Source: Verrucomicrobiota bacterium
GTDB taxonomy: Bacteria > Verrucomicrobiota > Verrucomicrobiia > Opitutales > Cerasicoccaceae
Length of the DNA: 64,000 bases
Reading direction: 5' to 3'
Assembly (NCBI GenBank): GCA_039818205.1
Contig: JBCBUK010000001.1
Coordinates: 320,001-384,000, forward strand
This document shows, piece after piece, positions 39,470-49,071 of the stretch (within the stretch, counting starts at the first letter, position 1; each line of letters starts with the position of its first letter). The notes beneath the pieces were generated by a model. That model did not search any database. It was given only the letters and a program-made list of their open reading frames with translations, and was not told where the DNA came from. The translations under genes were made by a program, and so were the position numbers.

Positions 39470-39781
39470 CTAATTCTCTAAATTAAATACTGTGTTCAGG
39501 CGAAGGAGCTCAACGACACTGAGCACCTCAGGGCTAAGGTTGGTCAGCGATAGCGGTCGAACACCCCCACGAAGAGAGTTGTTCAAATGCAGAAGCGCGC
39601 CCAGCCCCGAGCTATCAATAAACGCAAGTCCAGAGCAGTCGACGACGACCTTCCCAGCTTGCGGAAGATCGAGCATTCCAAGCTCCTGTTTGAACTCTGC
39701 TGCATTCGCCGCCTCCAAATGGGAAGTCTTTAATTGGATAACGAATGCCTCACTTTGTTCTTGGGTCTCAAATAATGGCAT
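39470..39781 (-). CDS. Stand-alone STAS-domain protein (anti-anti-sigma/SypA-like)
   Basis: 'LEAANA', 'VVVDCSGLAFIDSSGLGALL' with the phosphorylatable Ser. Confidence 0.92.
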   Translation of the reverse strand: MPLFETQEQSEAFVIQLKTSHLEAANAAEFKQELGMLDLPQAGKVVVDCSGLAFIDSSGLGALLHLNNSLRGGVRPLSLTNLSPEVLSVVELLRLNTVFNLEN

Positions 39782-39880
39782 AGGGCAAAAACGCTTAGAA
39801 TAAAAACTATCAATAAATCACCATTCTTTCCTTGGCAATGCAAGCTTAGAGATATTAACTATATAGAAACCTTAGCAACC

Positions 39881-40609
39881 ATGGCGGATGATGAAATTCA
39901 CCCCACACTGAATCAATTTTGGTCAACCCAGGAAGGCCAAAGTGAAATTCTCAAGTGGCGAAAAAACATGCGTCGCAAAATTAGTTTTTGGCGACTAACG
40001 ATCGCGTTCAGCCAAACGAGCAAACGCGTTCTCGATATCATTGGTTCCGCAGCGGCCCTCATCGCATTCTCCCCGATTTTCGCGATCACGGCGATCCTGA
40101 TAAAATTGGAAGACCGGGGGCCAATATTTTTCTCTCAGACTCGGGTTGGAGAAGCGGGCCGAGCATTCCAATGCTTCAAGTTTCGCTCAATGGTCGTTAA
40201 TGCCGATCAGATCAAAGAAAAGCTAAGTGAACAAAATCAGCACGACGACGGGGTCACCTTTAAAATGAAAGACGACCCGCGGATAACGAAAGTCGGCAAG
40301 TATATCCGCAAACTGTCCATCGACGAATTCCCTCAGTTCTATAATGTATTGCGTGGAGACATGTCACTCGTCGGACCGCGCCCACCGGTTCCGAAAGAAG
40401 TCGCCGAATACAAGGCCTTTCACCTGCGTCGCCTCATGGTTAAGCCCGGCATTACCTGTCTGTGGCAAATTGGCGGCCGCGCGGATATCGACTTCGAAGG
40501 GCAAGTGCGTCTCGATCTCGAATACATTGGATCCCAGAATCTCAAACAAGACCTACACATACTACTGAAGACCGTACCCGCCGTTATCCTCGGTAAGGGT
40601 GCCTACTAG
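39881..40609 (+). CDS. Priming phosphoglycosyltransferase (bacterial sugar transferase)
   Basis: 'KRVLDI', 'FKFRSM', 'DPRITKVG', 'SIDEFPQFYNVLRGDMSLVGPRP', 'KPGIT'. Confidence 0.93.
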   Translation: MADDEIHPTLNQFWSTQEGQSEILKWRKNMRRKISFWRLTIAFSQTSKRVLDIIGSAAALIAFSPIFAITAILIKLEDRGPIFFSQTRVGEAGRAFQCFKFRSMVVNADQIKEKLSEQNQHDDGVTFKMKDDPRITKVGKYIRKLSIDEFPQFYNVLRGDMSLVGPRPPVPKEVAEYKAFHLRRLMVKPGITCLWQIGGRADIDFEGQVRLDLEYIGSQNLKQDLHILLKTVPAVILGKGAY

Positions 40610-40614
40610 CTACA

Positions 40615-41760
40615 ATGAGTCACCTCGTTACTGAAGCAGCTACCTTATCACTGGTCTGCCCGGACTGGTTTTACCTGGAACACGAGCTCAAATTGCCGGA
40701 CCCCTTTGTGCTCTGGCCCGTAGGCGACCAACCCCTGCTCTACCATTGGTTCGATTATGCCTTGGACCAGGGCTACAAATGTGTCCGAATATTTGTTACT
40801 GATCGGCCGGATCGCGTGCGCGAAGCCGTTAACCAAGCCACGCTTTGGCCGATAATGCTAGAGGTGGTCACGGTTTCTCAATCTCGCGAAGACGACGGTG
40901 TGGTAATAGGCGGCCTGCCGGATGGCGAAGCCTTGGCCCTTCCGGAAAACGAATGGGACATACTCAGGCACTGGCAAAAGATGGATTCTGATTGGCTTCG
41001 GATGACCGAAGATGAGTCTTTGAAAGTCAATCTGTCTGTCGGTCGCCTCTGTCGAATTCACCCAACGGCCAAACTGGTTGCGCCCTACCTTATCGGTGAT
41101 CACGTCGCAATCGGCCCAGGAGCAACTATTGGACCCAACGCTGTTGTTGGCAGCGGCTCGATGGTCGCGGAGGATACCGTCGTAAAAAACGCGCGACTGA
41201 TGCCGCATAGCTTCCTCGGAGCCCACCTGACACTTGAGAAAGCAATCCTCTATGGACGGGTACTCTTCAATTGCAAACACCGCGCACGAATCGAACGGAT
41301 CGAATCCTTTATCGCGGACTCGGTGATTCCTCGCAATGATGCCCCACCCTGGTCCGAACGAATTGTTGCACTCGGCTACTGGATCCGTTTTCAGTTCATC
41401 CTAAAAGTCGGCCTCGCAAAGAAAAGTCCCCGCATCACGCTCAACGGCAAAAGCTATCCTGGTCCGGTCAATCCACCCTTATGGGCCGAACGTCTTCCCC
41501 GAATCTGGGAGGTCGTCTGCGGGCGCATGCGCCTATTTGGGCCCTTGCCACGATCCGACGAACAGCTCGAGCAGATACCGATCGATTGGCGCCCCATTCT
41601 CCGCGAAGCCATCCCCGGCGCCATCGCCTACAGCGATTGCCTTGGCTGCCACGACCCCAATGACCCAACGGAAGCCCTTCACGCGGTTTATCAAATCACG
41701 CATCCGGAGCAAACCCAGCCCCAATGCGAATACTTTCTCAAACAGCTAACCCACCACTAA
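40615..41760 (+). CDS. Fusion of NDP-sugar-synthase-like, hexapeptide (LbH) and degenerate sugar-transferase domains
   Basis: 'LWPVGDQPLLYHW', LbH 'IHPTAKLVAPYLIGDHVAIGPGATIGPNAVVG', C-terminal 'LPRIWEVVCGRMRLFGPLP'. Confidence 0.65.
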   Translation: MSHLVTEAATLSLVCPDWFYLEHELKLPDPFVLWPVGDQPLLYHWFDYALDQGYKCVRIFVTDRPDRVREAVNQATLWPIMLEVVTVSQSREDDGVVIGGLPDGEALALPENEWDILRHWQKMDSDWLRMTEDESLKVNLSVGRLCRIHPTAKLVAPYLIGDHVAIGPGATIGPNAVVGSGSMVAEDTVVKNARLMPHSFLGAHLTLEKAILYGRVLFNCKHRARIERIESFIADSVIPRNDAPPWSERIVALGYWIRFQFILKVGLAKKSPRITLNGKSYPGPVNPPLWAERLPRIWEVVCGRMRLFGPLPRSDEQLEQIPIDWRPILREAIPGAIAYSDCLGCHDPNDPTEALHAVYQITHPEQTQPQCEYFLKQLTHH

Positions 41761-41769
41761 GGAACATCT

Positions 41770-42303
41770 ATGAAAGGTATGGTATTCACCGAACTCTTGG
41801 ATATGGTCGAAGATAAGTTCGGCATCGATATGGTCGATAACATCATTGATGACGCCGATCTGCCCGTTTCCAACGGTTCTTACACGGCGGTAGGCACCTA
41901 TCCGCACGAAGAAATTGTCTCACTCGTCATGCAACTCAGCAAGCATAGCGGGATCTCTCCCGACGGTCTGCTAAAAGTATTCGGAGAGCACCTTTTCGCC
42001 CGTTTTCACAAGGGCTACCCCCACTTCTTCGAAAGCGCGACGGACGCCTTTTCGTTCCTACAAAACATCGACCAGTATATTCACGTTGAGGTCCGCAAGC
42101 TCTACCCCGATGCCGAGCTACCAAAGTTTGACTGTGAACTAAACGAGAATCAGCTAAAGATGACCTATTCTTCGTCTCGTCATATGGAAGACTTCGCCGA
42201 AGGGCTGATACAAGGCTGCCTTAACCACTTTGAAGAAGAAGCCGATATTGCTCGGGAACCGGTCGATGACAATACAACGGTCTTTCTCGTGACCCATCGC
42301 TAG
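41770..42303 (+). CDS. H-NOX (heme NO-binding) sensor protein
   Basis: 'MKGMVF', 'YTAVGTYP', proximal His in 'IHVEVRKLYPDAELPKF', YxSxR motif 'YSSSR'. Confidence 0.92.
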   Translation: MKGMVFTELLDMVEDKFGIDMVDNIIDDADLPVSNGSYTAVGTYPHEEIVSLVMQLSKHSGISPDGLLKVFGEHLFARFHKGYPHFFESATDAFSFLQNIDQYIHVEVRKLYPDAELPKFDCELNENQLKMTYSSSRHMEDFAEGLIQGCLNHFEEEADIAREPVDDNTTVFLVTHR

Positions 42304-42319
42304 ACGGTGGGCAGGTTGA

Positions 42320-44740
42320 ATGAGTGACGAAAGCGACAAGTGGAAACGGCGCTACGAGCGCGAACGGAATGCCCGTAAGCAGGCCGAACAACTGCTCGAA
42401 GAAAAGTCGCTCATGCTCTACGAGAAAAACGTCGAGCTCGAGAAACTAAGCGCACAGCTCGCCGAAACCGTAGAACGGCGAACGGAGGAACTTCGTTTTT
42501 CGACCAGCAAACTGCGCGAGCAGGAGGAACGAATGTCGTCACTCGCCGAGACCTTCCCCGGCGTAATCTTCCAATGGGTCGAACGGAGCAACGGTGAATC
42601 TGGCTTCAACTACATGAGCCCACGCGTCGAGAAGATCTTCGGGTTCAGCGCTACCAACGCGATCAAAGATTGGCACCGGATGCAGATTCACTACGACGAT
42701 GTGCCCGCGTGGCAGGAGTCGATAAAAGAAGCTCTCCAATCGATGTCGGAGTGGCGGTGCACCGGGCGTCTGGTCACACCCAGTGGAGAAACCAGGTGGT
42801 GGCAAGGCTACGGCAAACCGTTAAGAGTGTCGGAAACCGAGGTCGCCTTCAACGGAGTCTTTCTCGACATCAGCCAGCAGAAACAAATAGAAGCGCAGAT
42901 TCGCCGGCTTTCATTGGTCGCAAGCCGAACCATCAATGGCGTCGTCATTACCGACGAGAACGGTCGTGTCGTGTGGATCAACGAAGCTTTCGAAAGAATT
43001 ACCGGATATACTCTCCAAGAACTCCGCGGACGTAAACCCGGCGAGCTCCTCCAGGGACCATTAACTTGCCGGAAAACAATCAAATACATCGGAGAGAGGC
43101 TTAAGGAAAAACAGCCGCTTACAGCCGAACTCCTAAACTACCACAAAAACGGTGAGACCTATTGGCTGCGCCTCGACGTAAACCCGCTCTTCGACGAAAA
43201 AAATCAGCTCACGAATTTTGTGGGCATCGAGACAGACATTACCAAGCAAAAGGAAACGGAGACTGCTCTGAAACTGGCTTCGGAACATGCGCAGGAAGCC
43301 GCCAAGGAAGCCAATCGAGCCAACCAGGCAAAAAGCCGTTTTCTCGCCAGCATGAGCCACGAGATCAGGACACCGCTGAACGGGGTCCTCGGCTATACAC
43401 AGGTCCTCAACATGAGGGATGACCTACCCGAAGATGCTGCCGGCATGATCGAGTCCATCGGACGCAGCGGAGAACACCTGCTTCATCTGATTAATGATAT
43501 TCTCGACATTTCAAAGATCGAGGCGGGCAAATACGAACTGACCGGTGGCGATGTCCTCTTACAAGAGATTTTACGCGACCTGCTGGACATGTTTAGCCCG
43601 AATGCTGAGCTAAAATCGATTCGCTACGATTGCGTTTGTTGGGACTTTGAACGCGACACGCCACTAGCGGACGATAACTTCTACTTCCAAGCCGACGCCC
43701 GTGCCTTACGGCAGATCCTCCTAAACCTGGTCGGCAATGCGATCAAGTTTACTAAGCGCGGGCACGTCCTAGTCAAAGCAGGTCCGGATTCCGCATCATC
43801 ACTCAAGTTTATCGTCGAAGATACCGGAGCTGGAATCCCTGAAGAAGACCACCAACGAATCTTTGAAACCTTTGAGCAGTCCAACCAAACGAACAGCAAA
43901 GTTGCTGGAACCGGTTTGGGTCTGCCAATCTGTCGAAAGCTGGTTGGCCTCATGGAAGGCAGCATGCGTCTGGAGTCAGAAGTCGGCAAGGGATCTCGAT
44001 TCTCGTTCGATATTCCTTATATCAAGCCGAAAGAAATTCACTCGACCTATGTTCCTGTCCAAAAACTCCAGAAGGTTCACTACGTTGGACCGAAGAAAGA
44101 CATTCTTGTTGTCGATGACGATGAGCACAGCCGCCGGGTTACCAAGGAGCTACTGATCGCAGCCGGTTTCCGGGTTACCTCGGTCTCCTCCGGCGAAGAC
44201 GCACTCCACCATCTTTCACGCGAAATCCCTGACCTTGTCGCCACGGACTTGCTAATGCCAGAAATCGATGGCTTCGAACTGCGCCACCGGATCCGCGTTA
44301 CCCCAGCAATCCAACACCTACCCGTGATCGCGGTATCCGCCAGCGTCATGCAATCAGCCGAAAATGCGAGCCGCCTGAAGCCGTTTGCAGGCTTTATAGC
44401 CAAGCCCGTCAAAGCGGAAGATCTGTATCGACAGGTCGGCGAGGTTCTTGGTCTTGAATGGCAAACACCGAAATCGGAAGAAGAACAGCCTGATGATACT
44501 GAGATCTCACCTTCACCGCCCCTGGAAAAATCAATTCCGGATCGACCAGTACTCCAATCGCTCCTTGTCCTCGCCGAACAGGGTGATATGTTTGGACTAC
44601 AAAGCCAGATTGCTGAGATCCGCGAGGACTCACAGGAGCATTCCGAGTTCTATACCCAACTGCACGACCTCGCCGCCAGCTTTCAAAGCCAGGCGATCGA
44701 GGACCTTCTCAATGACTGTCTAGCCAATCACAAAGCATGA
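42320..44740 (+). CDS. Cytoplasmic hybrid histidine kinase (coiled coil-PAS-PAS-HisKA-HATPase-REC), H-NOX-associated
   Basis: 'SHEIRTPLNG', 'NLVGNAIKFT', 'DTGAGI', 'GTGLGL', REC 'VVDDD..DLLMP..KP'; N-terminal 'RRYERERNARKQAEQLLEEKS'. Confidence 0.93.
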   Translation: MSDESDKWKRRYERERNARKQAEQLLEEKSLMLYEKNVELEKLSAQLAETVERRTEELRFSTSKLREQEERMSSLAETFPGVIFQWVERSNGESGFNYMSPRVEKIFGFSATNAIKDWHRMQIHYDDVPAWQESIKEALQSMSEWRCTGRLVTPSGETRWWQGYGKPLRVSETEVAFNGVFLDISQQKQIEAQIRRLSLVASRTINGVVITDENGRVVWINEAFERITGYTLQELRGRKPGELLQGPLTCRKTIKYIGERLKEKQPLTAELLNYHKNGETYWLRLDVNPLFDEKNQLTNFVGIETDITKQKETETALKLASEHAQEAAKEANRANQAKSRFLASMSHEIRTPLNGVLGYTQVLNMRDDLPEDAAGMIESIGRSGEHLLHLINDILDISKIEAGKYELTGGDVLLQEILRDLLDMFSPNAELKSIRYDCVCWDFERDTPLADDNFYFQADARALRQILLNLVGNAIKFTKRGHVLVKAGPDSASSLKFIVEDTGAGIPEEDHQRIFETFEQSNQTNSKVAGTGLGLPICRKLVGLMEGSMRLESEVGKGSRFSFDIPYIKPKEIHSTYVPVQKLQKVHYVGPKKDILVVDDDEHSRRVTKELLIAAGFRVTSVSSGEDALHHLSREIPDLVATDLLMPEIDGFELRHRIRVTPAIQHLPVIAVSASVMQSAENASRLKPFAGFIAKPVKAEDLYRQVGEVLGLEWQTPKSEEEQPDDTEISPSPPLEKSIPDRPVLQSLLVLAEQGDMFGLQSQIAEIREDSQEHSEFYTQLHDLAASFQSQAIEDLLNDCLANHKA

Positions 44741-45843
44741 ATCAGTCTACCAAAGCCACTATTCTTGTTGTTGATGATAACGCAACCAACCTAGCGGTTG
44801 TTTGCACCCACCTAACCAAACAAGGGTTTCGTATGCTAACGGCTGAGAGCGGACCCAGTGCCCTCAGGCGACTCGATCATATTTCTCCAGACATGTTGCT
44901 CCTGGATGTCATGATGCCTGAGATGGATGGGTTTGAACTCGCACAAAGGATTCGCGAACGCGAGGACTACAACAACCAGCCAATCATCTTCATGACCGCG
45001 CTCGACGACATGAACAGCAAACTCCAAGGCTTTGCCAGTGGAGGCGTCGATTACATCACGAAGCCCATTCAGCATGAGGAGATGATCGCACGCGTTCGCA
45101 CTCACCTCGAAGTCCATCAGCTCCGGGTCGCATTGCGCAGAGAAAACGAAAACAAGGATCAACTCATCGCTGAGCTCGAAGCATACGATATGACGGTCGC
45201 GCACGACCTAAAGAATCCCATCGGTGCCATTGCCAGTGCCGCCGAAACCTTCGAGATGATGGATGACCTGACCAACGATGAGGCCAAAGAAATCATCGAG
45301 TTGATCCGAATGGGAGCCGATCAAGCACAAAACATTATCAGAGGACTTCTATCGTTTGCTCAGCTTCGCAGCGGCGAGGCTCAACGTTCGGAGGTCGACA
45401 TGGATCAGCTCGCTCGGGAATGCATTGAAACCTTGCACAGCCTTTCTGCCGAAAGCGGTGCCTCAATCGAGATCGACGGTGAGTTACCCGCGGCCTATGG
45501 TTACGCTCCGTGGTTAAGTGAAGTGTGGTCGAACCTGATCAGCAACGCGATCAAGTATGGTGGGCACCCGCCCATCATCACGATCAAGGGAGAAACATTG
45601 GAAAAGAACGTACGCTATTGCGTTGCCGACAATGGCAGTGGACTCCCTGAAGATCGCACCACCCTCTTTAAGCCGTTTTCTCGCGGAACGAGCGCCCACA
45701 CCGAGGGAACCGGGCTGGGCCTTTCCATCGTCGAACGCATCATCCGGCGCCACGAAGGTTCGATCCTCGCGGAAGACCGACCTGGCGGTGGCGCAGCAAT
45801 GACGTTCTACCTACCTAAGACCGACCGCAACCATGCTGAATAA
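44737..45843 (+). CDS. REC-HisKA-HATPase hybrid kinase/response regulator
   Basis: 'VVDDN..LLDVMMP..TKP', 'AHDLKNP', 'NLISNAIKY', 'DNGSG', 'GTGLGL'. Confidence 0.92.
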   Translation: MNQSTKATILVVDDNATNLAVVCTHLTKQGFRMLTAESGPSALRRLDHISPDMLLLDVMMPEMDGFELAQRIREREDYNNQPIIFMTALDDMNSKLQGFASGGVDYITKPIQHEEMIARVRTHLEVHQLRVALRRENENKDQLIAELEAYDMTVAHDLKNPIGAIASAAETFEMMDDLTNDEAKEIIELIRMGADQAQNIIRGLLSFAQLRSGEAQRSEVDMDQLARECIETLHSLSAESGASIEIDGELPAAYGYAPWLSEVWSNLISNAIKYGGHPPIITIKGETLEKNVRYCVADNGSGLPEDRTTLFKPFSRGTSAHTEGTGLGLSIVERIIRRHEGSILAEDRPGGGAAMTFYLPKTDRNHAE

Positions 45844-47551
45844 GGAGCAATACATCATTGATCAAAGTACGGTAACGGTTCAACAGGTGCGCGTCCGGGC
45901 CTCATTGGAAGCCGTTCATCCTGTTCGAGAAATGTTTGTTGCCTATTTGGAGTCAGTTGATGTGTCTGCCTCCGAGATCGGCGGTTGGAAGCTGGTATTT
46001 ACAGAGCTACTCAACAACGCCATCATCCATGGTTCTGGTGAAAATGATTCGGAATCAATTGAGATCGAATGGTCGTTGAGCAACCGGGCGATTCAGCTTT
46101 GCATCGAAGATCCGGGGACTGGGCCAACAAAAAGTCAGGAGATTGAAGCAACGCTGCCCGAGAATCCTGAGCAGGACCACGGACGAGGCCGATTCATTAT
46201 CCAGTCTTTCGCCGACCGGGTTGCGGAATGGAGAACAACCAACGGGTTTCGAATCGAAGTCGAGAAAGGGTGTCGGGAATCCGGAGGAATCGAACCACCA
46301 TCCGAAGAGATGGAGGCCATTCTCAAAGAACTATCCGCCAGCTACGAAGGCCTTGCCGCATTCTATCAGCTGAGTGAGTCGCTGGTCAAATCAGACACTT
46401 TGAGCATCCTGCTGGACCAAAGTCTGCGCAATGTACGGGAAAGCATTGTGCTCGACTACCTTTGCATCTTCCCGATGTCTGATTTGCCGCCCTTCATCCA
46501 AACTCAGTTTAGACAGGTCGCTCAGATCATTGATGATGTCCCAACTCCAATTCACGGTCTTCTGCAGCGCAAGTGCGAGATCGTTTGGGAAAATCCGGAT
46601 CAGCAAGCCGCTCTCGATGCTGGAGTAAATCCGATCGCCGAGTTTAGCTCAGGATGCTTGCTGCCAATAACCTCGGAAGAAAACTTCTTCGGTTTACTCG
46701 CCGCAGGACGCCGCCGCGGCTCAAACCAAATCGTGTCCTCACAAGTCAACAACCTGCGTACGTTCGCTGATATTTTTGGAATTGCGATTGCCAATTTCAT
46801 TTCCACAACGATCCGGCACGAAGCAGAAAAAGACTTACGCGAATTCGAAATCGCCGCAGAAATCCAACAACACCTGCTGCCAATTCGGCAACCAATCGAA
46901 CCCATGAAACATGAGGTTCGAGTGTTTCAACGAGTCGCCCAGAATGTAGCGGGCGACTATGCTGAATACTGTCAGGATAGGCTAGGCAACCACTACCTAA
47001 CCATTATCGACGTCATGGGCAAAGGCGTGTCGGCGGCAATGCTCGGAATTCTGTACCGAGCCGCCCTCAATCTACTCCTAAGCACACCCAAGCCACTGCC
47101 CGTCATGCTTGAGCAAATCGGGCGCGTCCTCAATTTCATGTTGGGTGATCTAACGATGTTCATCACCGTGACGATTCTGCGTTGGAATGACGAAGTCGAC
47201 ATGATCGAACATGTCAACGCAGGCCATTGCCCGACGGTTAAAATATCTGAAGATGGAACCATCCAACAATTTGAGCCCTCTGGTCCGCCAATTGGATTGT
47301 TGGCCGAATACCGCTATGAGAGTGACACCATTGAGATGGAACCTGGGGATCGCGTCATTTTGGTTTCGGATGGATGCTATGAATGGAAGACCAACGATTC
47401 GATATTCGGGTGGGAGCGATTAATCGACCTTATTAGAGAAGGTAACCACCCTCACGGCGCTCAGCTCTGGCACGCGCTTTGCCAAATAATGGACCTAGGC
47501 CCCAATGGCGAGGAACCCGCCGACGACATTACCCTCGTGTTTCTAAAGTAA
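45833..47551 (+). CDS. Bifunctional RsbW-like Ser kinase - GAF-like - SpoIIE/PP2C phosphatase
   Basis: Kinase motifs 'ELLNNAIIHG', 'EDPGTG', 'HGRGRFII'. PP2C motifs 'VAGDY', 'DVMGKG', 'NAGH', 'SDG', 'DDIT'. Confidence 0.9.
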   Translation: MLNKEQYIIDQSTVTVQQVRVRASLEAVHPVREMFVAYLESVDVSASEIGGWKLVFTELLNNAIIHGSGENDSESIEIEWSLSNRAIQLCIEDPGTGPTKSQEIEATLPENPEQDHGRGRFIIQSFADRVAEWRTTNGFRIEVEKGCRESGGIEPPSEEMEAILKELSASYEGLAAFYQLSESLVKSDTLSILLDQSLRNVRESIVLDYLCIFPMSDLPPFIQTQFRQVAQIIDDVPTPIHGLLQRKCEIVWENPDQQAALDAGVNPIAEFSSGCLLPITSEENFFGLLAAGRRRGSNQIVSSQVNNLRTFADIFGIAIANFISTTIRHEAEKDLREFEIAAEIQQHLLPIRQPIEPMKHEVRVFQRVAQNVAGDYAEYCQDRLGNHYLTIIDVMGKGVSAAMLGILYRAALNLLLSTPKPLPVMLEQIGRVLNFMLGDLTMFITVTILRWNDEVDMIEHVNAGHCPTVKISEDGTIQQFEPSGPPIGLLAEYRYESDTIEMEPGDRVILVSDGCYEWKTNDSIFGWERLIDLIREGNHPHGAQLWHALCQIMDLGPNGEEPADDITLVFLK

Positions 47552-47554
47552 GTC

Positions 47555-47923
47555 ATGAAAGAGATAATTGTAGTCGACGACGACATCACGATGATACGCC
47601 TGCTTCAGTTGCATTTGCGCCGGGCGAAAATCAAAGGGCACTACTTTCAATCTGGCCAACAGTGTTTACAAGCCGCCGCCGGGATAAACGCAGACCTTGC
47701 CTTGCTCGACTACGACCTGCCCGACACCAAGGGCACCTTGCTAATGAGGTCCCTACGCGAGATTCCAGGCTACGAGGAGCTGCCGGTGCTCATTTTCACC
47801 GCACGAACCAGTAGTGAATTACTTCCCAAGATCAAAGAGTCCGGGGCGAACACCGTCCTTTCGAAACCCTTTAGCCCAACCCACTTGATCCGCCAGATCG
47901 AGAGCTTCCTTACCCAAGAGTGA
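47555..47923 (+). CDS. Single-domain response regulator (CheY-like)
   Basis: 'VVDDD', 'LLDYDLP', 'FTA', 'SKPF'. Confidence 0.92.
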   Translation: MKEIIVVDDDITMIRLLQLHLRRAKIKGHYFQSGQQCLQAAAGINADLALLDYDLPDTKGTLLMRSLREIPGYEELPVLIFTARTSSELLPKIKESGANTVLSKPFSPTHLIRQIESFLTQE

Positions 47924-49059
47924 AATCACGCGTTGACTGTTTTATCTTTGCTGACGCCCTAGGCTGGAAACTCGCCCAGGAGCGAAACTTCTTGGACGAC
48001 TTGTTACCCGTTCGTTCTCCGGCGCAAACGCTGTTTGGGTACTCGTCCACGTGTGACCCGACGATTTTGACCGGCGCCCTCCCTTGTGACCACGGACATT
48101 TTTCCTTCTTTGTTAAGGCGGATAACGACTCACCCTTTAAGGGTCTGGGTAGGTTCGGATTCCTACCGCAAAAGATCGCCGGGCACCACCGCATCCGCAA
48201 TCGTGTCAGCCGATACTACGCCAAAGCGTTAGGATACACAGGCTATTTCCAACTCTACAGTGTCCCGTTTGGCCGCTTACCTTACCTCGACTATACCGAG
48301 AAAAAGGACATTTATGAACCGGGAGGAATCATCGGAGGACAACCAACCATCTTTGAGTTTTGGGAGGAATCCAAGAAGCCTTGGCTACGCTCTGATTGGA
48401 GGGCTGGAGACGCGGCGAATTTGGCTCAAGCCAAGCAGGCACTAGAGAAAGGCGACATCGAGCTACTCTATCTCTTTACGGCAGGTCTCGATGCCACCAT
48501 GCATCGTTACGGTCCGAGTGGACCCGAGGTCGATGCAGCCTTCGACCAGTTTGCCAGCGAGCTTAGGCAGTTGCACGCTATTGCTTCCAAACACTACCGC
48601 GAAGTTCGACTTCATTTGTTCAGCGATCACGGAATGGCGAAAATCACTACGGCTTCCAACATGCTAAAGCGCTGGCCCGAGATCGACCTGCGATACGGAG
48701 AGGACTATGTCGCCGTTTGGGATTCAACCATGGTCCGCTTTTGGTTCAACAATGACCGCGCCCGAGACATTACAGCCGGCTGGTTGCGAGCCCAACCCGA
48801 TGGAAAAATCGTTACCGACAAAGAACTCGCGGCGGGCGGTTGTCTCTTTCCTGAGAGGCAATATGGTGACCTCTTCTATCTGTTACCAGCTGGCAGCCTA
48901 TTTGTCCCCTCATACATGAACCTAGGTTTCGTCAAAGGAATGCATGGCTATGACCCAGCCCATGAAGACAGTACCGCCTGTTGGCTAGCGACTCACGAGA
49001 CCCTACCTGTAAAAAGTCTCACCGATATCTACCCCGTCATGCGCGCCGCCGCGCAATAA
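47920..49059 (+). CDS. Alkaline phosphatase superfamily protein (nucleotide pyrophosphatase/phosphodiesterase-like)
   Basis: 'FADALG', 'GYSSTC.PTILTG', 'LDATMH', 'FSDHGM', 'GMHGY'; no signal peptide. Confidence 0.8.
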   Translation: MKSRVDCFIFADALGWKLAQERNFLDDLLPVRSPAQTLFGYSSTCDPTILTGALPCDHGHFSFFVKADNDSPFKGLGRFGFLPQKIAGHHRIRNRVSRYYAKALGYTGYFQLYSVPFGRLPYLDYTEKKDIYEPGGIIGGQPTIFEFWEESKKPWLRSDWRAGDAANLAQAKQALEKGDIELLYLFTAGLDATMHRYGPSGPEVDAAFDQFASELRQLHAIASKHYREVRLHLFSDHGMAKITTASNMLKRWPEIDLRYGEDYVAVWDSTMVRFWFNNDRARDITAGWLRAQPDGKIVTDKELAAGGCLFPERQYGDLFYLLPAGSLFVPSYMNLGFVKGMHGYDPAHEDSTACWLATHETLPVKSLTDIYPVMRAAAQ

Positions 49060-49071
49060 CAGATTCAAACC

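Noticed and set aside
39782..39880. Sigma-54 promoter in the divergent intergenic region (TTGGCA at ~39832)
   Set aside because: There is no properly spaced -12 TTGC element; the region is surely regulatory but no site can be called.
44520..44740. Hpt domain at the C-terminus of the hybrid kinase
   Set aside because: It is a helical tail without a convincing H-x-L-K-G motif.
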